This document shows positions 1 to 9,924 of a DNA stretch of 64,000 nt, piece by piece. A program made the position numbers and the translations under genes. The notes below the pieces were generated by a model. That model saw only the letters and a list, made by a program, of their open reading frames with translations. It made no database searches and had not been told where the DNA came from. This stretch comes from an uncultured Hormoscilla sp. GTDB taxonomy: Bacteria; Cyanobacteriota; Cyanobacteriia; Cyanobacteriales; Desertifilaceae. The stretch spans positions 6,336,001 through 6,400,000 of the forward strand of contig OZ001293.3 of assembly GCA_963921275.4 (NCBI GenBank), written 5' to 3'. The first letter of the stretch is position 1. Each line of letters starts with the position of its first letter.

Positions 1-380
1 TCCCCTCTGAGTCTCCTAAACTCCTGTATAAACTGTCTTCGGCATCGTCAAATGCCTTTCTCTCCGCTTCTGTGAACTTGCTTTTTGTCATCTTTCTTCC
101 ACCCGCATCTCTTTATCCTCCAGGGTTTCTTCTACCGAACTTGGTTGCATACCTTGGTTCTTTCGCCCCTTACTCCCTTCCGCCGGCACCTACCTTTCAT
201 CTCTATTCTCTACCCCGCTGTCGCCGGTCCCGATCTCCGGGGTCTCCTTACTTATCTTCTCAAACATTTCCCTGCTTGTCAACTCCCCTGCCTAAATTCG
301 GTAATTTTCTCCCTGTTTCCCACCTTCTGCTGGTCCTCTCATTTTGATTTGACTATTTCGTCAACATTGACTATCCCATT
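1..380 (-). pseudogene. Degenerate tandem duplicate of the SDR gene 3' end and its downstream flank
   Basis: 1-95 aligns to ~433-527 and 242-332 aligns to 764-854 (14 differences in 91 nt). The minus strand reads GIVNVDEIVK versus GIVHVDDLVK in the intact gene. Contains stops and an internal deletion; runs off the window edge. Confidence 0.85.
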
Positions 381-519
381 CCTAGCCTGTCCTTTGCTTG
401 GGTTCCGTTCTCGAAATAACCCCAGTGCAGACTCCCTTCTGAGTCCCAAAAACTTCTGTATAGACTGTCTTCGGCATCGTAAAATGCCTCTGTCTCCGCT
501 TCTGTGAACTTGCTTTTTG

Positions 520-1494
520 TCATCTTTGGACAATCTCCATCTCTTTTACTATATCCCGCAATGTTTCTTCTACGCTACGGGGTTGCCAACCCAATTCCTG
601 ACGCGCTTTACTCGCGGACACCCGCACGCACCTGTCATATATATAATGTACTCGCTCCCGACTCAGGGGTGGCTGCCACGATAACAGCTTTCCTATGGGT
701 TCTAGCAGGTTCCCTATTACTCGCACCAATGGTTTTGGTGCCTCTGCCGGTACTGCTATCCCCGTCTCCTTACTCAAGATATCAAACATTTCTCTGGTTG
801 TCAAGTCCCCTGCCGAAATTATGTAATGTTCTCCCTGTTTTCCCCCTTCTGCTGCCAATATCGCAGCCTTGACTAGGTCGTCAACATGAACTATCCCCGT
901 GATCCGATCGCCCCCTGCCCACAGCTTCAACCTCCCTTGCATAAATTGGGCAATTACCGGACCAAAATGGGGGTCACCTGCACCCATAATTCCCGATGGT
1001 AACACGCTTACTACTGGCAAGCCCTGCTGGGCAAATTCATCCACTAACTGTTGCGCCAGATATTTCGTGCGATCGTATGCTGAAGCAAAGTCTTTCTGTT
1101 TCCTGACAAAAGTTTCATTTACCGCCTCTCCTTTCGTGTCCCCAAACACCCCGATCGTGCTACAATAAACCAGCTTCTGCACCCCAGCAGCTTTTGCCAC
1201 TTCTAACACGGCGCGGGTTCCCTCGACATTCACCCGTGCCATTTCGGCAGCATTAACCAACCCTAATTCTACATAAGCTGCCGCGTGAAACACCCAGTCT
1301 ACCGAGGCGATCGCCCCCTTAATTGCTTCCGTGTCAGTAATATCCCCATAAACCAATTGTACCTGATAACCTTGCAAACGCTGTAAATTGCTGGTCTGGC
1401 GGACTAAACCAATTACCTCGTCACCGCGTTTCTCTAACTCTTTGACCAAGTGAGAGCCAGTAAATCCATTTGCTCCAGTTACCAGTACCTTCAT
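520..1494 (-). CDS. NAD-dependent epimerase/dehydratase (extended SDR); candidate ceramide reductase (CerR-like)
   Basis: TGANGFTG Rossmann motif, HAAA, YDRTK (YxxxK); start overlaps the stop of the upstream gene by 4 nt. Confidence 0.9.
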   Translation of the reverse strand: MKVLVTGANGFTGSHLVKELEKRGDEVIGLVRQTSNLQRLQGYQVQLVYGDITDTEAIKGAIASVDWVFHAAAYVELGLVNAAEMARVNVEGTRAVLEVAKAAGVQKLVYCSTIGVFGDTKGEAVNETFVRKQKDFASAYDRTKYLAQQLVDEFAQQGLPVVSVLPSGIMGAGDPHFGPVIAQFMQGRLKLWAGGDRITGIVHVDDLVKAAILAAEGGKQGEHYIISAGDLTTREMFDILSKETGIAVPAEAPKPLVRVIGNLLEPIGKLLSWQPPLSRERVHYIYDRCVRVSASKARQELGWQPRSVEETLRDIVKEMEIVQR

Positions 1495-2615
1495 AAACCC
1501 TTTTCGTAGATGCGATAGGTTTTATATATTTTACCACCTGATGCTTCTATGAGCTTGCGGGAGGCTATATTATCTTCTAAAATCCAGGATAATTCTGCCC
1601 TCTTGTAACGTTTACCCTTTTTGGTGCCCCCTTGCATGCCCAGATAAATTAGGGCCAGGGGCACCATTTTCCGGCGATATTCTGGTAGGGAAGACATGGC
1701 AGGCACTCTTGCTTGGTCGAGCTGGCGACGATACCAGAGAAATTTTAATATGCCCAGCCAGTTTAGCTTCCCATTTACATGTTTCAGGGCCATGTTGTAG
1801 TCTGGTAGCCCCATCCAAAAGCCGACCATTTTACCATTGTCTTCCGCCACCGGAAAAATATCTGGATCCACTAGCTGTTGCAACTCCTGCGCTTCTTCCA
1901 GAAATTCTTCCTCCCTGCGTGGGGTAGAACTCCAGTTCGGGGCAAAGGATGTGGTAAAGAGATGATAGAGACTGCGGCAGTCTTGCTGAAAACCTTCGCC
2001 TTTGGTGCGGATGGGGCGAAAGGTAATGCCAGACTTACAAGCAATGCGATAGCCCTTTTCAAATTTGGGGTCTAGGGGTTTGTCGGTCTGAAAGTCATAG
2101 GCATAGGCATCCTTGGCTTTCTGCCAGCCATCATCACCCATAAATTCTGGATAGTAAGGCGGGTTGTAAGGCATCATCATCATTGGTGGAGAGTCAAAGC
2201 CATCCACCAGGAATAAACAATTGTTGTGAGTTGACAGGTCGATCGGGCCCCGGGCCACCACCATCCCCCGATCGCGCAACCATTGACAAGCTGTTTCTAA
2301 CAGGGCCTTAGCGATCTTGAAATCTTCTACGCATTCAAAAAAACCAAACAGACCTATTTGCTTGCCTTCCCGTTCTATTAGTCGTTGATTAATAGCAGCG
2401 ACTATGCGCCCCAGGGGTTGCCCCCTCTCAAGGGCAATAAATTGTTGTAGTTGACCATATTCAAAGAAGGGGTTGTCAGAGTTAAACTGTTTGGCGACAC
2501 TGCTGCGCAGGGGCGGCACCCAGTTCGGGTCATTTTTATATACCCGAACTGGGACATCCAGAAATAATTCCCGGTCTGCTGGGGTAGTGACAGCTTGGAT
2601 CGTGAAGTCAGTCAT
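1491..2615 (-). CDS. GNAT-fold N-acyltransferase of the YghO / bacterial ceramide synthase (bCerS)-like family
   Basis: DPNWVPPL, GRI, FGFFE, GP..LS, GF..PP.MMPYNPPYY, ELSWILEDN and K.YRIYEK motifs typical of this ~370-aa family. Confidence 0.8.
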   Translation of the reverse strand: MTDFTIQAVTTPADRELFLDVPVRVYKNDPNWVPPLRSSVAKQFNSDNPFFEYGQLQQFIALERGQPLGRIVAAINQRLIEREGKQIGLFGFFECVEDFKIAKALLETACQWLRDRGMVVARGPIDLSTHNNCLFLVDGFDSPPMMMMPYNPPYYPEFMGDDGWQKAKDAYAYDFQTDKPLDPKFEKGYRIACKSGITFRPIRTKGEGFQQDCRSLYHLFTTSFAPNWSSTPRREEEFLEEAQELQQLVDPDIFPVAEDNGKMVGFWMGLPDYNMALKHVNGKLNWLGILKFLWYRRQLDQARVPAMSSLPEYRRKMVPLALIYLGMQGGTKKGKRYKRAELSWILEDNIASRKLIEASGGKIYKTYRIYEKGL

Positions 2616-2642
2616 TTGCTATTAGCTATTGGTTATTGACAA

Positions 2643-3932
2643 TTAGCCAGCAGTAATCATGGTTTCTGGTTTGTATATAGCATCTCGCACTGCCATCATT
2701 GCCTCAATGAGGCGATCCATCTCCTCGCGGGTATGAAGGGCGTTAGCAGTAATGCGCATGCGGGGTTTGGCAATAAACCAGATGGGAGAAATCCAAATTC
2801 CATATTTTTCCAGCATCTGTCTGCCAAATTCTTTCGGATCGAGTTCTGCTGGCATCAGTACTGGAATAACATTAGTTTCGCCAATGGGGTCAAAATCTGC
2901 ATCAATTAGGCACTTACGCAAATAGCGAGCATTTTCCTGGAGGGTCTTCACCCGACCCGGAAACCGGCGCACTTGACGGATACTCTCCAAAGCTGCCGCC
3001 GTGGTCGGCGGTGGCAGAGAAATAGTCCCAATAGAAGTAGGCGAGACATCCAACAAGTAGATCAGTTCGGGCAGGTCAGAACTGATTGCGGCCCCCGCTG
3101 AGGCGGCAAACTTCGAGAAAGTTGTCATGATAATCGGCACCACCCCTGCATCGATGGCATCGGTGGGTAATATGCCAAAATGTTCGTAAATGCCTCTACC
3201 CGTCGCCCCGATCGCCCCGCTAGCATGGGCCTCATCCATCACCAGCACGCTGCCCGGATAATTTTGCATGACATTCAGCATTTCTGGTAAGGGGGCGATA
3301 TCCCCGTCCATCGAGAACACCGCATCGGAAATCACCATTACCCGATCGCCCGGTTTGACATAGCGGCGGAGTTTGCGGGCCAGGTCATTAACATCGCAGT
3401 GACGGTAGGGTTTCACCCGCACCTCCGGAGAGTGACCGAACACCTTGCCAGAACGGGTGCCTGCATTCACCACCGCCGATACGATACAGCCGTGGTTGAG
3501 TACATCGGTAAGTATTAACGTCTCGCGGGTATGCTGAAAACCGGGAACCGGCATAGCCAAGTGACAGAAAGCATCCATCAAGGCTTGCATTGCCATCCAT
3601 GCGTTTAAGAATAGCTGCGTGTGGGGCAGATGTTTAAAGGCTGATATTTCCTCCTCTAACTGTCGGTGCAGGTCAATGCGACCGCTCAAGACCGAGGTGG
3701 AACTATTGGAAGTGCCATACTGGACTATGGCATCTATGGCCGCTTGTTTGACCGCCTCTTCCTGAACTAAACCCAATACATCGTTTGTGCAGAAGGTGAG
3801 AACGCTGCGCCGCTTGCCAGTCTTCGGATCTTCGATCTCAACTATATTCCCCTGCTTGCCATGACAAATATACTTATCGGGATAAAGCCCGACGTTCTGA
3901 AGCTGCTGAACATATTCTTTAACAACTTGCAC
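2643..3932 (-). CDS. PLP-dependent alpha-oxoamine synthase (serine palmitoyltransferase / BioF family)
   Basis: NHGCI, DAVFSMDGD, DEAH, TFSK (PLP lysine), RITANA.HT; GTG start. Confidence 0.9.
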   Translation of the reverse strand: MQVVKEYVQQLQNVGLYPDKYICHGKQGNIVEIEDPKTGKRRSVLTFCTNDVLGLVQEEAVKQAAIDAIVQYGTSNSSTSVLSGRIDLHRQLEEEISAFKHLPHTQLFLNAWMAMQALMDAFCHLAMPVPGFQHTRETLILTDVLNHGCIVSAVVNAGTRSGKVFGHSPEVRVKPYRHCDVNDLARKLRRYVKPGDRVMVISDAVFSMDGDIAPLPEMLNVMQNYPGSVLVMDEAHASGAIGATGRGIYEHFGILPTDAIDAGVVPIIMTTFSKFAASAGAAISSDLPELIYLLDVSPTSIGTISLPPPTTAAALESIRQVRRFPGRVKTLQENARYLRKCLIDADFDPIGETNVIPVLMPAELDPKEFGRQMLEKYGIWISPIWFIAKPRMRITANALHTREEMDRLIEAMMAVRDAIYKPETMITAG

Positions 3933-3974
3933 AAATTTACTCCTCTACAATCCTCACCATTCCCGTTTCACCAG

Positions 3975-5045
3975 TCACCATTCCCGACATGGTACAGTTG
4001 ATTGTTGCATATATTGTTCATACTGTCGGACAATCACCCGCTGCAGGGCAATAATGGCTGGGTTAATTTCTACATAGCGCCGCCTCTTGTTGGCCAGATA
4101 GGTACGCTGTTCGCTTTCGATCATCTGGATATCTTGCTGGAGAAATGGCATGAACAAGAAGCGCCAGACTAGCTTGGAGACTAGGGGTTTGATCGGTCCT
4201 AGCAGCCATTTGGGCAGGCGCAGCTTGAGAAACAGCAGGGAAAAAGACCTGGTTGACCTGGGTCCCACGGGCAGTCGCATCAGATACAGGGAGGATACCT
4301 TCTCAAGAGAAGTGTGATAGTGAGGGTAGTGGTACTCAATGCTGACGGTACGGGTAGTGACCCTAGATCCCGTGGAGGTGATGCCGATAAATTTAGTCAA
4401 CCAACCTTGGTAGGATACCTTATAGTCGGCGTATACTGAGGCTTCTGATTGTTTTAAGTCGATCAGCACCGGGTCGAACCAGCCATTTAAGTTTTTGTGT
4501 AAAAACCCGTGGAAGACATCCATGGTGTTTTCGTTGCAGATGGAAAAATGAGCTTGAAAATGGGCCGGTATTTCCACCATCAACCAGTTGGGGTCATCGT
4601 ACTCTGCTACCTGGGGCAGAACTACCGTCTCTGCGAGGGCGCGATCGCCCGGGAAAACCCAGATGATGTTATATTTTTCCCTCACCGGATAGCTGCGGGC
4701 TTGGGCGCAGGGCAGTTTTTGGTCTTTGGGTAGGTAGGGGATGTTAACACATTCACCATCGCCATTATATTCCCAGCCGTGGTAGGGACACAAGAGGTTT
4801 GCCCCCGACACTTGACCTTTATGTAGGGCGACGCCTTTGTGGGGACAAGCATCCTCTAGGGCGTGGAGTTCGCCGTTGCTGTCCCGGTAAAGGGCGATCG
4901 GCTGTTGCCAAACCACCACTGACATCACCTTACCCGGTTTTAACTGGTGTCCCCAAGCTACGGGATACCAGTAATTGGGGTTGATGCCGACTTCGCGCAC
5001 GTGATTGCTTATTGTCTGGCTTTTCAGGGTTGTAGCCAGTTCCAT
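3975..5045 (-). CDS. Rieske non-heme iron oxygenase alpha subunit
   Basis: CPH...CPYHGW Rieske motif; ENTMDVFH...H mononuclear iron site; QDIQMIESEQ. Confidence 0.92.
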   Translation of the reverse strand: MELATTLKSQTISNHVREVGINPNYWYPVAWGHQLKPGKVMSVVVWQQPIALYRDSNGELHALEDACPHKGVALHKGQVSGANLLCPYHGWEYNGDGECVNIPYLPKDQKLPCAQARSYPVREKYNIIWVFPGDRALAETVVLPQVAEYDDPNWLMVEIPAHFQAHFSICNENTMDVFHGFLHKNLNGWFDPVLIDLKQSEASVYADYKVSYQGWLTKFIGITSTGSRVTTRTVSIEYHYPHYHTSLEKVSSLYLMRLPVGPRSTRSFSLLFLKLRLPKWLLGPIKPLVSKLVWRFLFMPFLQQDIQMIESEQRTYLANKRRRYVEINPAIIALQRVIVRQYEQYMQQSTVPCREW

Positions 5046-5162
5046 CCCAATACTCCTGAATTCAAAATATGGGTTCAAGGTCGGATCGTACCTCAGATCT
5101 TGTCAGTTGCCCAATGAAGTGAGGATCTACATGAAACTTAATGCCATTGATGCCATCATCTA

Positions 5163-6035
5163 GGGTGTGTCATCAATCAAATTGCTTGACAGAAATAGAT
5201 GGATACGGTATGGAGTCCTTATCCAGCAATAACAATCAAGAGGGCATGATATGAGACGCTATGGCTTGCGAGACGACCAGTGGGAACGGATCGAACACCT
5301 TTTACCTGGTAAAGAGGGTGACCCAGGCGCTACAGCCAAGAACAATAGATTATTCGTGTTCTGCCGTGTTATATCGATATCGTGCTGGCATTCCCTGGCG
5401 GGATTTACCGGAGTGTTTTGGGGATTTTCGGGTTGTTCATACCCGCCATACCCGTTGGTCTGAAAAGGGAGTTTGGAAGCAGGTATTCGATGTCTTGGCC
5501 TCAGACGCCGATAACGAATACGCCGCGATTGATGCCACCATCCTGCGTGCCCATCAACGAGCGTGCGGGTGCAAAAAAAAACACCCTCAGATACGTGCGA
5601 AACCCAAGCCATAGGCCGTAGTAAAGGGGGACTATCGACAAAGATTCATGCCACTTGCGATTGCCCAAGGCAATCCCACAGGATTTCATCTTACCCCTGG
5701 CCAAGCCCACGACGGGAAAGGCGCTGACGTGCTATTGGATAAAATCGGTGAGATTGGCGCGCTGCTTGCAGATAAAGCCTATGATGCGGAACAACGTGTG
5801 CTCGAGCGCCTGAAAGAGGCGGATTGGATGGCTGTCATTCCTCCAAAAAGTAACCGCACAGAACACAGAGAATACGATGAAGAAATGTACAAGTGGCGGC
5901 ATCTAATTGAAAATCTATTCCAAAAACTCAAGCAATACAGGGCTCTGGCGACACGCTACGATAAAACGGCTCGCAATTTCTTGGGTGCCATCTACCTCGC
6001 GGCAGCTGTAATATGGCTTAATTGATGACACGCCC
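5163..6035 (+). mobile_element. IS5-family insertion sequence with frameshifted transposase
   Basis: 15-bp terminal IRs GGGTGTGTCATCAAT / ATTGATGACACGCCC (14/15 match) flanked by TA. Transposase pieces [47 protein letters not shown] lie in different frames; A-run at ~5573. Confidence 0.93.
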
Positions 6036-6081
6036 TAAATTTAAGCTTACAGATTAATTGTTCTGATAGTTATTAGGTATA

Positions 6082-7305
6082 ATGCTGACTTTGCACAAAA
6101 CTTTTTGGTCCGTTCGCGTAGGACACGTAGCCCGGTGTGCGCAGCGCAATCGCTTGCGACTGCCAGTGCTACTGGTGGCTGGTTCCCTGACGACGATGGC
6201 GGGGGGTGTGGTGGCCCCAGTGCTACCGGAGGTGATCGGGCAACTCCAGTTCGATCCTGCGGTTGCTGGTAATTTGGTCAGCATACATTGCTTGACGATC
6301 GCCCTGTTCAGCCCGCCCCTAGGCATTTTAGCAGACCGGATCGGTCCCGTGCGAGTGCTAGTGCCTTCCCTGGTGCTATATGCCCTGTTTGGCATGGCCG
6401 GGGCCTGGATCGATAGTTTTGAGCCACTGCTGGCGACGCGGGCCTTGTTAGGGGCTGCCAGTGGGGGGCTAGCGGCGGCGAGTCTGGGGTTGCTGGGGCG
6501 GATGTATGAAGGTCAGGCCCGATCGCGGGTCATGGGCTATGCTACCAGTACTCTGACTATTACGGGGATCCTGTTTCCGGCCCTGGGGGGCTGGGTGGGA
6601 GCTGGCAATTGGCGAATGGCTTTTTTACTCTATGGTTTAGCATTGCCCCTAGCTCTGTTAGCGAGCTGGGTTTTCCCTGCTCATAATAGTATCGTGTGGC
6701 AGCCTTCTGGCAAGTCAGGAACTGAGGGTAATCAGCTGCTGCAAGTCTTGAGACATCCCCAAACTTGGCGGCTATTGCTGAGTGTGGCTTTGACTTCTGT
6801 GGCCATGTATGCTGTGGTCATCTATGCTCCCATTTATCTCAAGCAAACTCTGGGGTTGGGGGCTTTGATGAATGGGATGGTGTTGGCATCCCGGGCTCTG
6901 GGGGCGGCTTTGATCTCTGCTTTTGGGGCCAGACAGTTGGCTTCGCGTTTGGGGCCCAAAAAGGCGATCGAGGTTGGTTTGGTGCTGATGGCTATGACTT
7001 TGGTCAGCATTCCTTTCTTGCATCAACTCCACTGGATCTTAGTTGCTGCTATTAGCTTTGGCGCGGGCTTTGGTATTGCTCTGCCTACTCTCTATAATAG
7101 TTTAGCTGACTGTTCTCCTAAAGAACTGCGATCGAGTGTTTTAGCAGCGGGCACGGGAGCGGGTTTTTTGGGTCAGTTCATCTCTCCGGTTTTGCTGGGC
7201 CCTGTACTGGAACTTGGCGGCATAGAATGTGTGTTTTATGCTGCTGCTTTTGTGGCCCTAACTGCTGGCTTTTTGCTGCGATCGCCTGTTAATATGAAAA
7301 GATAA
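6082..7305 (+). CDS. MFS transporter
   Basis: About 12 hydrophobic segments; G.LADRIG motif A; small GC-rich repeat inserted near the N-terminus (~6110-6153). Confidence 0.9.
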   Translation: MLTLHKTFWSVRVGHVARCAQRNRLRLPVLLVAGSLTTMAGGVVAPVLPEVIGQLQFDPAVAGNLVSIHCLTIALFSPPLGILADRIGPVRVLVPSLVLYALFGMAGAWIDSFEPLLATRALLGAASGGLAAASLGLLGRMYEGQARSRVMGYATSTLTITGILFPALGGWVGAGNWRMAFLLYGLALPLALLASWVFPAHNSIVWQPSGKSGTEGNQLLQVLRHPQTWRLLLSVALTSVAMYAVVIYAPIYLKQTLGLGALMNGMVLASRALGAALISAFGARQLASRLGPKKAIEVGLVLMAMTLVSIPFLHQLHWILVAAISFGAGFGIALPTLYNSLADCSPKELRSSVLAAGTGAGFLGQFISPVLLGPVLELGGIECVFYAAAFVALTAGFLLRSPVNMKR

Positions 7306-7318
7306 CTATGCCCCCCCA

Positions 7319-7404
7319 CCCGCCCTCACCCTAAAGGGTGGGGCTACAAGAACAAAGCAATGTCCGGAGCGAGCGCAGCGTGGCAACCTTCCGGCGCGGG
7401 CTTT
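7319..7404. repeat. REP-like palindromic repeat (CCCTCACCCTAAAGGGTGGGGCTA family)
   Basis: Related copies at ~15657-15712 (inverted) and ~38283-38330. Confidence 0.75.
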
Positions 7405-7440
7405 ATTATTTGGATCGTACCGACCTACTCCATAATCTGA

Positions 7441-8014
7441 TTATCCTAATATCTCATTAACGGCTATATATTCCCCTTCTTGCAATTGGTTAATTCTGAC
7501 AGTTTGTCCCAGATAGCGCCAAATTTCCGGCACTCCTAGCTGTCTGTAAATGTCAAATCGACAGGAAGAACTGGTTATATCGACTTCAATCACCAAGTCC
7601 GGTGGGGGGTCGTTCGCGCAGCGACTGCGCAGCAGTATTGCCAGGTCTACAGTGCGACCCCTAATGAGATATACGTTTTGGATATAATAGCAGGAGTCTG
7701 GTTCGGCACCTGCGTTTATATCTTCTAGATTCAAAGTTGTCGAAGCAAACCCCTTTACCCTGAGATTCAGTTCTTCTGTCAGAGTATTCACCATCCGTTC
7801 TAGTAGTTGCTCTTCTGTTTCGTGACGGTCCGATGGCATAATGATTTCCAGCACTCCTTGATTATAGGCTATCTGCAAGGTTCGCCGTTCGCGTAGCGTG
7901 CGCGCAGCGCATTCGCAATCGCCCATTTCTGCTAATAGCTGCTTGTAAGTCTCCCAACTGACATTCTCTAATATTAGTTTGTGGTGGTGGTTATTGTACC
8001 GCAGTCATCGTCAT
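7441..8014 (-). pseudogene. Uma2-family (DUF820) endonuclease, disrupted
   Basis: ENVSWETY, AEPDSCYYIQN, PPPDLVIEVDI, LGVPEIWR; N-terminal stop/frameshift and two small repeat insertions (CECAARTLRE, ILLRSRC). Confidence 0.8.
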
Positions 8015-8286
8015 GATTTCTTCTCCTGTGGTATCTGAGAAACAGGGTTTTTGACGACTTATTATAACTCAAACCGGGTTTCTCTCGTTCCCTGCCTTCG
8101 TCAAGTACGGTGACGGTACGCGGTAGTTGGGATCTTCTTCGTAGGTGACGGCGAGCGGGCTGCGGGGATGGTTTCACCGGTAGCCCAAAAACCCAATTCA
8201 AATCTGGGAAGAAGTTCGCGGTAGATGTTTAATGTCTGTTAAAATCGATGTAGGCGATCGCCGGATGGACAGCGACCATTAAATTT

Positions 8287-9885
8287 ATGATGATGAAAAC
8301 AGGATTACCAGATATAAATAGTCTTTCCCTCCCTCAACAGGTAGCCCAGATGGTGGTGGTCCGGGCCTCTGGCCACCTATTCGATCGCCAAAGAAGTTAT
8401 CCTGAATGGGAACTTAATGCTGCCAGTCTCCAGCATTTGGTGACCGATATGGGTGTAGGTGGGGTAATCTTGCTGGGAGGAAGTGCGGCAGAAATTGCGC
8501 TCCGCTGTCAACAGCTGCAAGACTGGGCAAATATCCCTTTACTAATAGCAGCGGATATCGAAGAAGGGGTAGGTCAGCGGTTTGCTGGGGCGACCTGGTT
8601 TCCCCCTCCAATGGCCCTGAGTGCTGTGGCGCGAAAACAACCGCGACTCTGCAGAGATTATGCTCGCCAAATGGGTGCTTTTACTGCCCGGGAGGCGATC
8701 GCCCTGGGCCTTAACTGGATTTTAGCACCCGTGGTGGATGTGAACAACAATCCTAGTAACCCGGTGATTAATGTCAGGGCCTTTGGGGAAAACCCAGAAG
8801 AAGTGATAAATCTCTCATCTGCTTTTATTCACGGTACAGAGGGTTATCCTGTTTTGACGACAGCGAAGCATTTTCCCGGACATGGAGATACAGATGTTGA
8901 TTCTCATCTGCATTTACCCATTTTACCCTATTCCGAGGCCAGATTGGCGGAGATTGAATTACCGCCTTTCCAAAGTGCGATCGCATCTGGTGTAGATGCG
9001 GTAATGACTGCCCATCTGTTAATCCCGGCTTGGGATGGGGAAAAACCTGCCACCCTATCTCATGCTATCCTAACAGGTAAGCTGCGCGAGCGGCTGGGAT
9101 TTACCGGATTAATTGTTACCGATGCCCTGGTTATGGGGGCGATCGCGAACCGCTACGGTGCCAAGGAAGCGGCTGTTTTAGCGGTGTCAGCGGGTGCAGA
9201 CATTATCCTGATGCCCCAAAACCCAGCCGAGGCCATAAATGCTGTCCGTGAAGCTGTGGAAGAGGGGCGCATTGACAAAGCACAAATTACCGAATCTGTA
9301 AAGAGAATCTGGCAAGCTAAGCAGAAGGTATTAACATCAACAGATAAGAGTAATTTTACCTCAGAATTAGCCCAAGCAGATGCGGTTTATACGGCTGAAG
9401 ATATTTTACGAAATGCCCAGCAGGGGAGAGGTTGTTTGTCAGTAGGCGCTGGCAATTGCCGCAATTTAATTGTCGTCGATGACGCCCTGGATTGCAAGTT
9501 TTTGGGCAACCATACTCCCGCGATCGCCTTTCCTGAGAAGTTAGGCTATCAGTTGCAGGTAGTTGACAGCTACACTCCGAAAAATATTCTGGAAACAGAG
9601 AAACCTACCCTACTGCAAATCTTCGTGCGCGGTAACCCTTGGCACGGAAATGCTGGGTTAAATCAGAGGGCGATCGCCTGGTTTCAAGCCTTAGTGAAAG
9701 CGGAAAAGCTGCAAGCATTAGTTATCTATGGCAGTCCTTATATCCTAGAGAAAATTATGCCAGAATTACCGCCAGAAGTGCCCTATGTATTCACCTACGG
9801 ACAGATGCCTGAGGCACAGGCGATCGCCCTATCAACCTTAAGGAATTCCAAATTCATGCAAAATCCCAAATTGGGAAACCTATAA
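8287..9885 (+). CDS. nagZ: Glycoside hydrolase family 3 (beta-N-acetylhexosaminidase-like)
   Basis: ADIEEG, APVVDVN, KHFPGHGDT.VDSH, VTDAL.MGA. Confidence 0.88.
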   Translation: MMMKTGLPDINSLSLPQQVAQMVVVRASGHLFDRQRSYPEWELNAASLQHLVTDMGVGGVILLGGSAAEIALRCQQLQDWANIPLLIAADIEEGVGQRFAGATWFPPPMALSAVARKQPRLCRDYARQMGAFTAREAIALGLNWILAPVVDVNNNPSNPVINVRAFGENPEEVINLSSAFIHGTEGYPVLTTAKHFPGHGDTDVDSHLHLPILPYSEARLAEIELPPFQSAIASGVDAVMTAHLLIPAWDGEKPATLSHAILTGKLRERLGFTGLIVTDALVMGAIANRYGAKEAAVLAVSAGADIILMPQNPAEAINAVREAVEEGRIDKAQITESVKRIWQAKQKVLTSTDKSNFTSELAQADAVYTAEDILRNAQQGRGCLSVGAGNCRNLIVVDDALDCKFLGNHTPAIAFPEKLGYQLQVVDSYTPKNILETEKPTLLQIFVRGNPWHGNAGLNQRAIAWFQALVKAEKLQALVIYGSPYILEKIMPELPPEVPYVFTYGQMPEAQAIALSTLRNSKFMQNPKLGNL

Positions 9886-9924
9886 ATGTAGGTTCTGTTG
9901 AGAAGCAAAACGCAACCAAGAACT

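Noticed and set aside
1..900. Diversity-generating retroelement TR/VR pair
   Set aside because: Differences are not confined to adenines on either strand, there are indels, and no RT is nearby
2643..3932. Plain bioF call
   Set aside because: Same family, but no bio genes are adjacent and the neighbours point to lipid synthesis; left without a gene symbol
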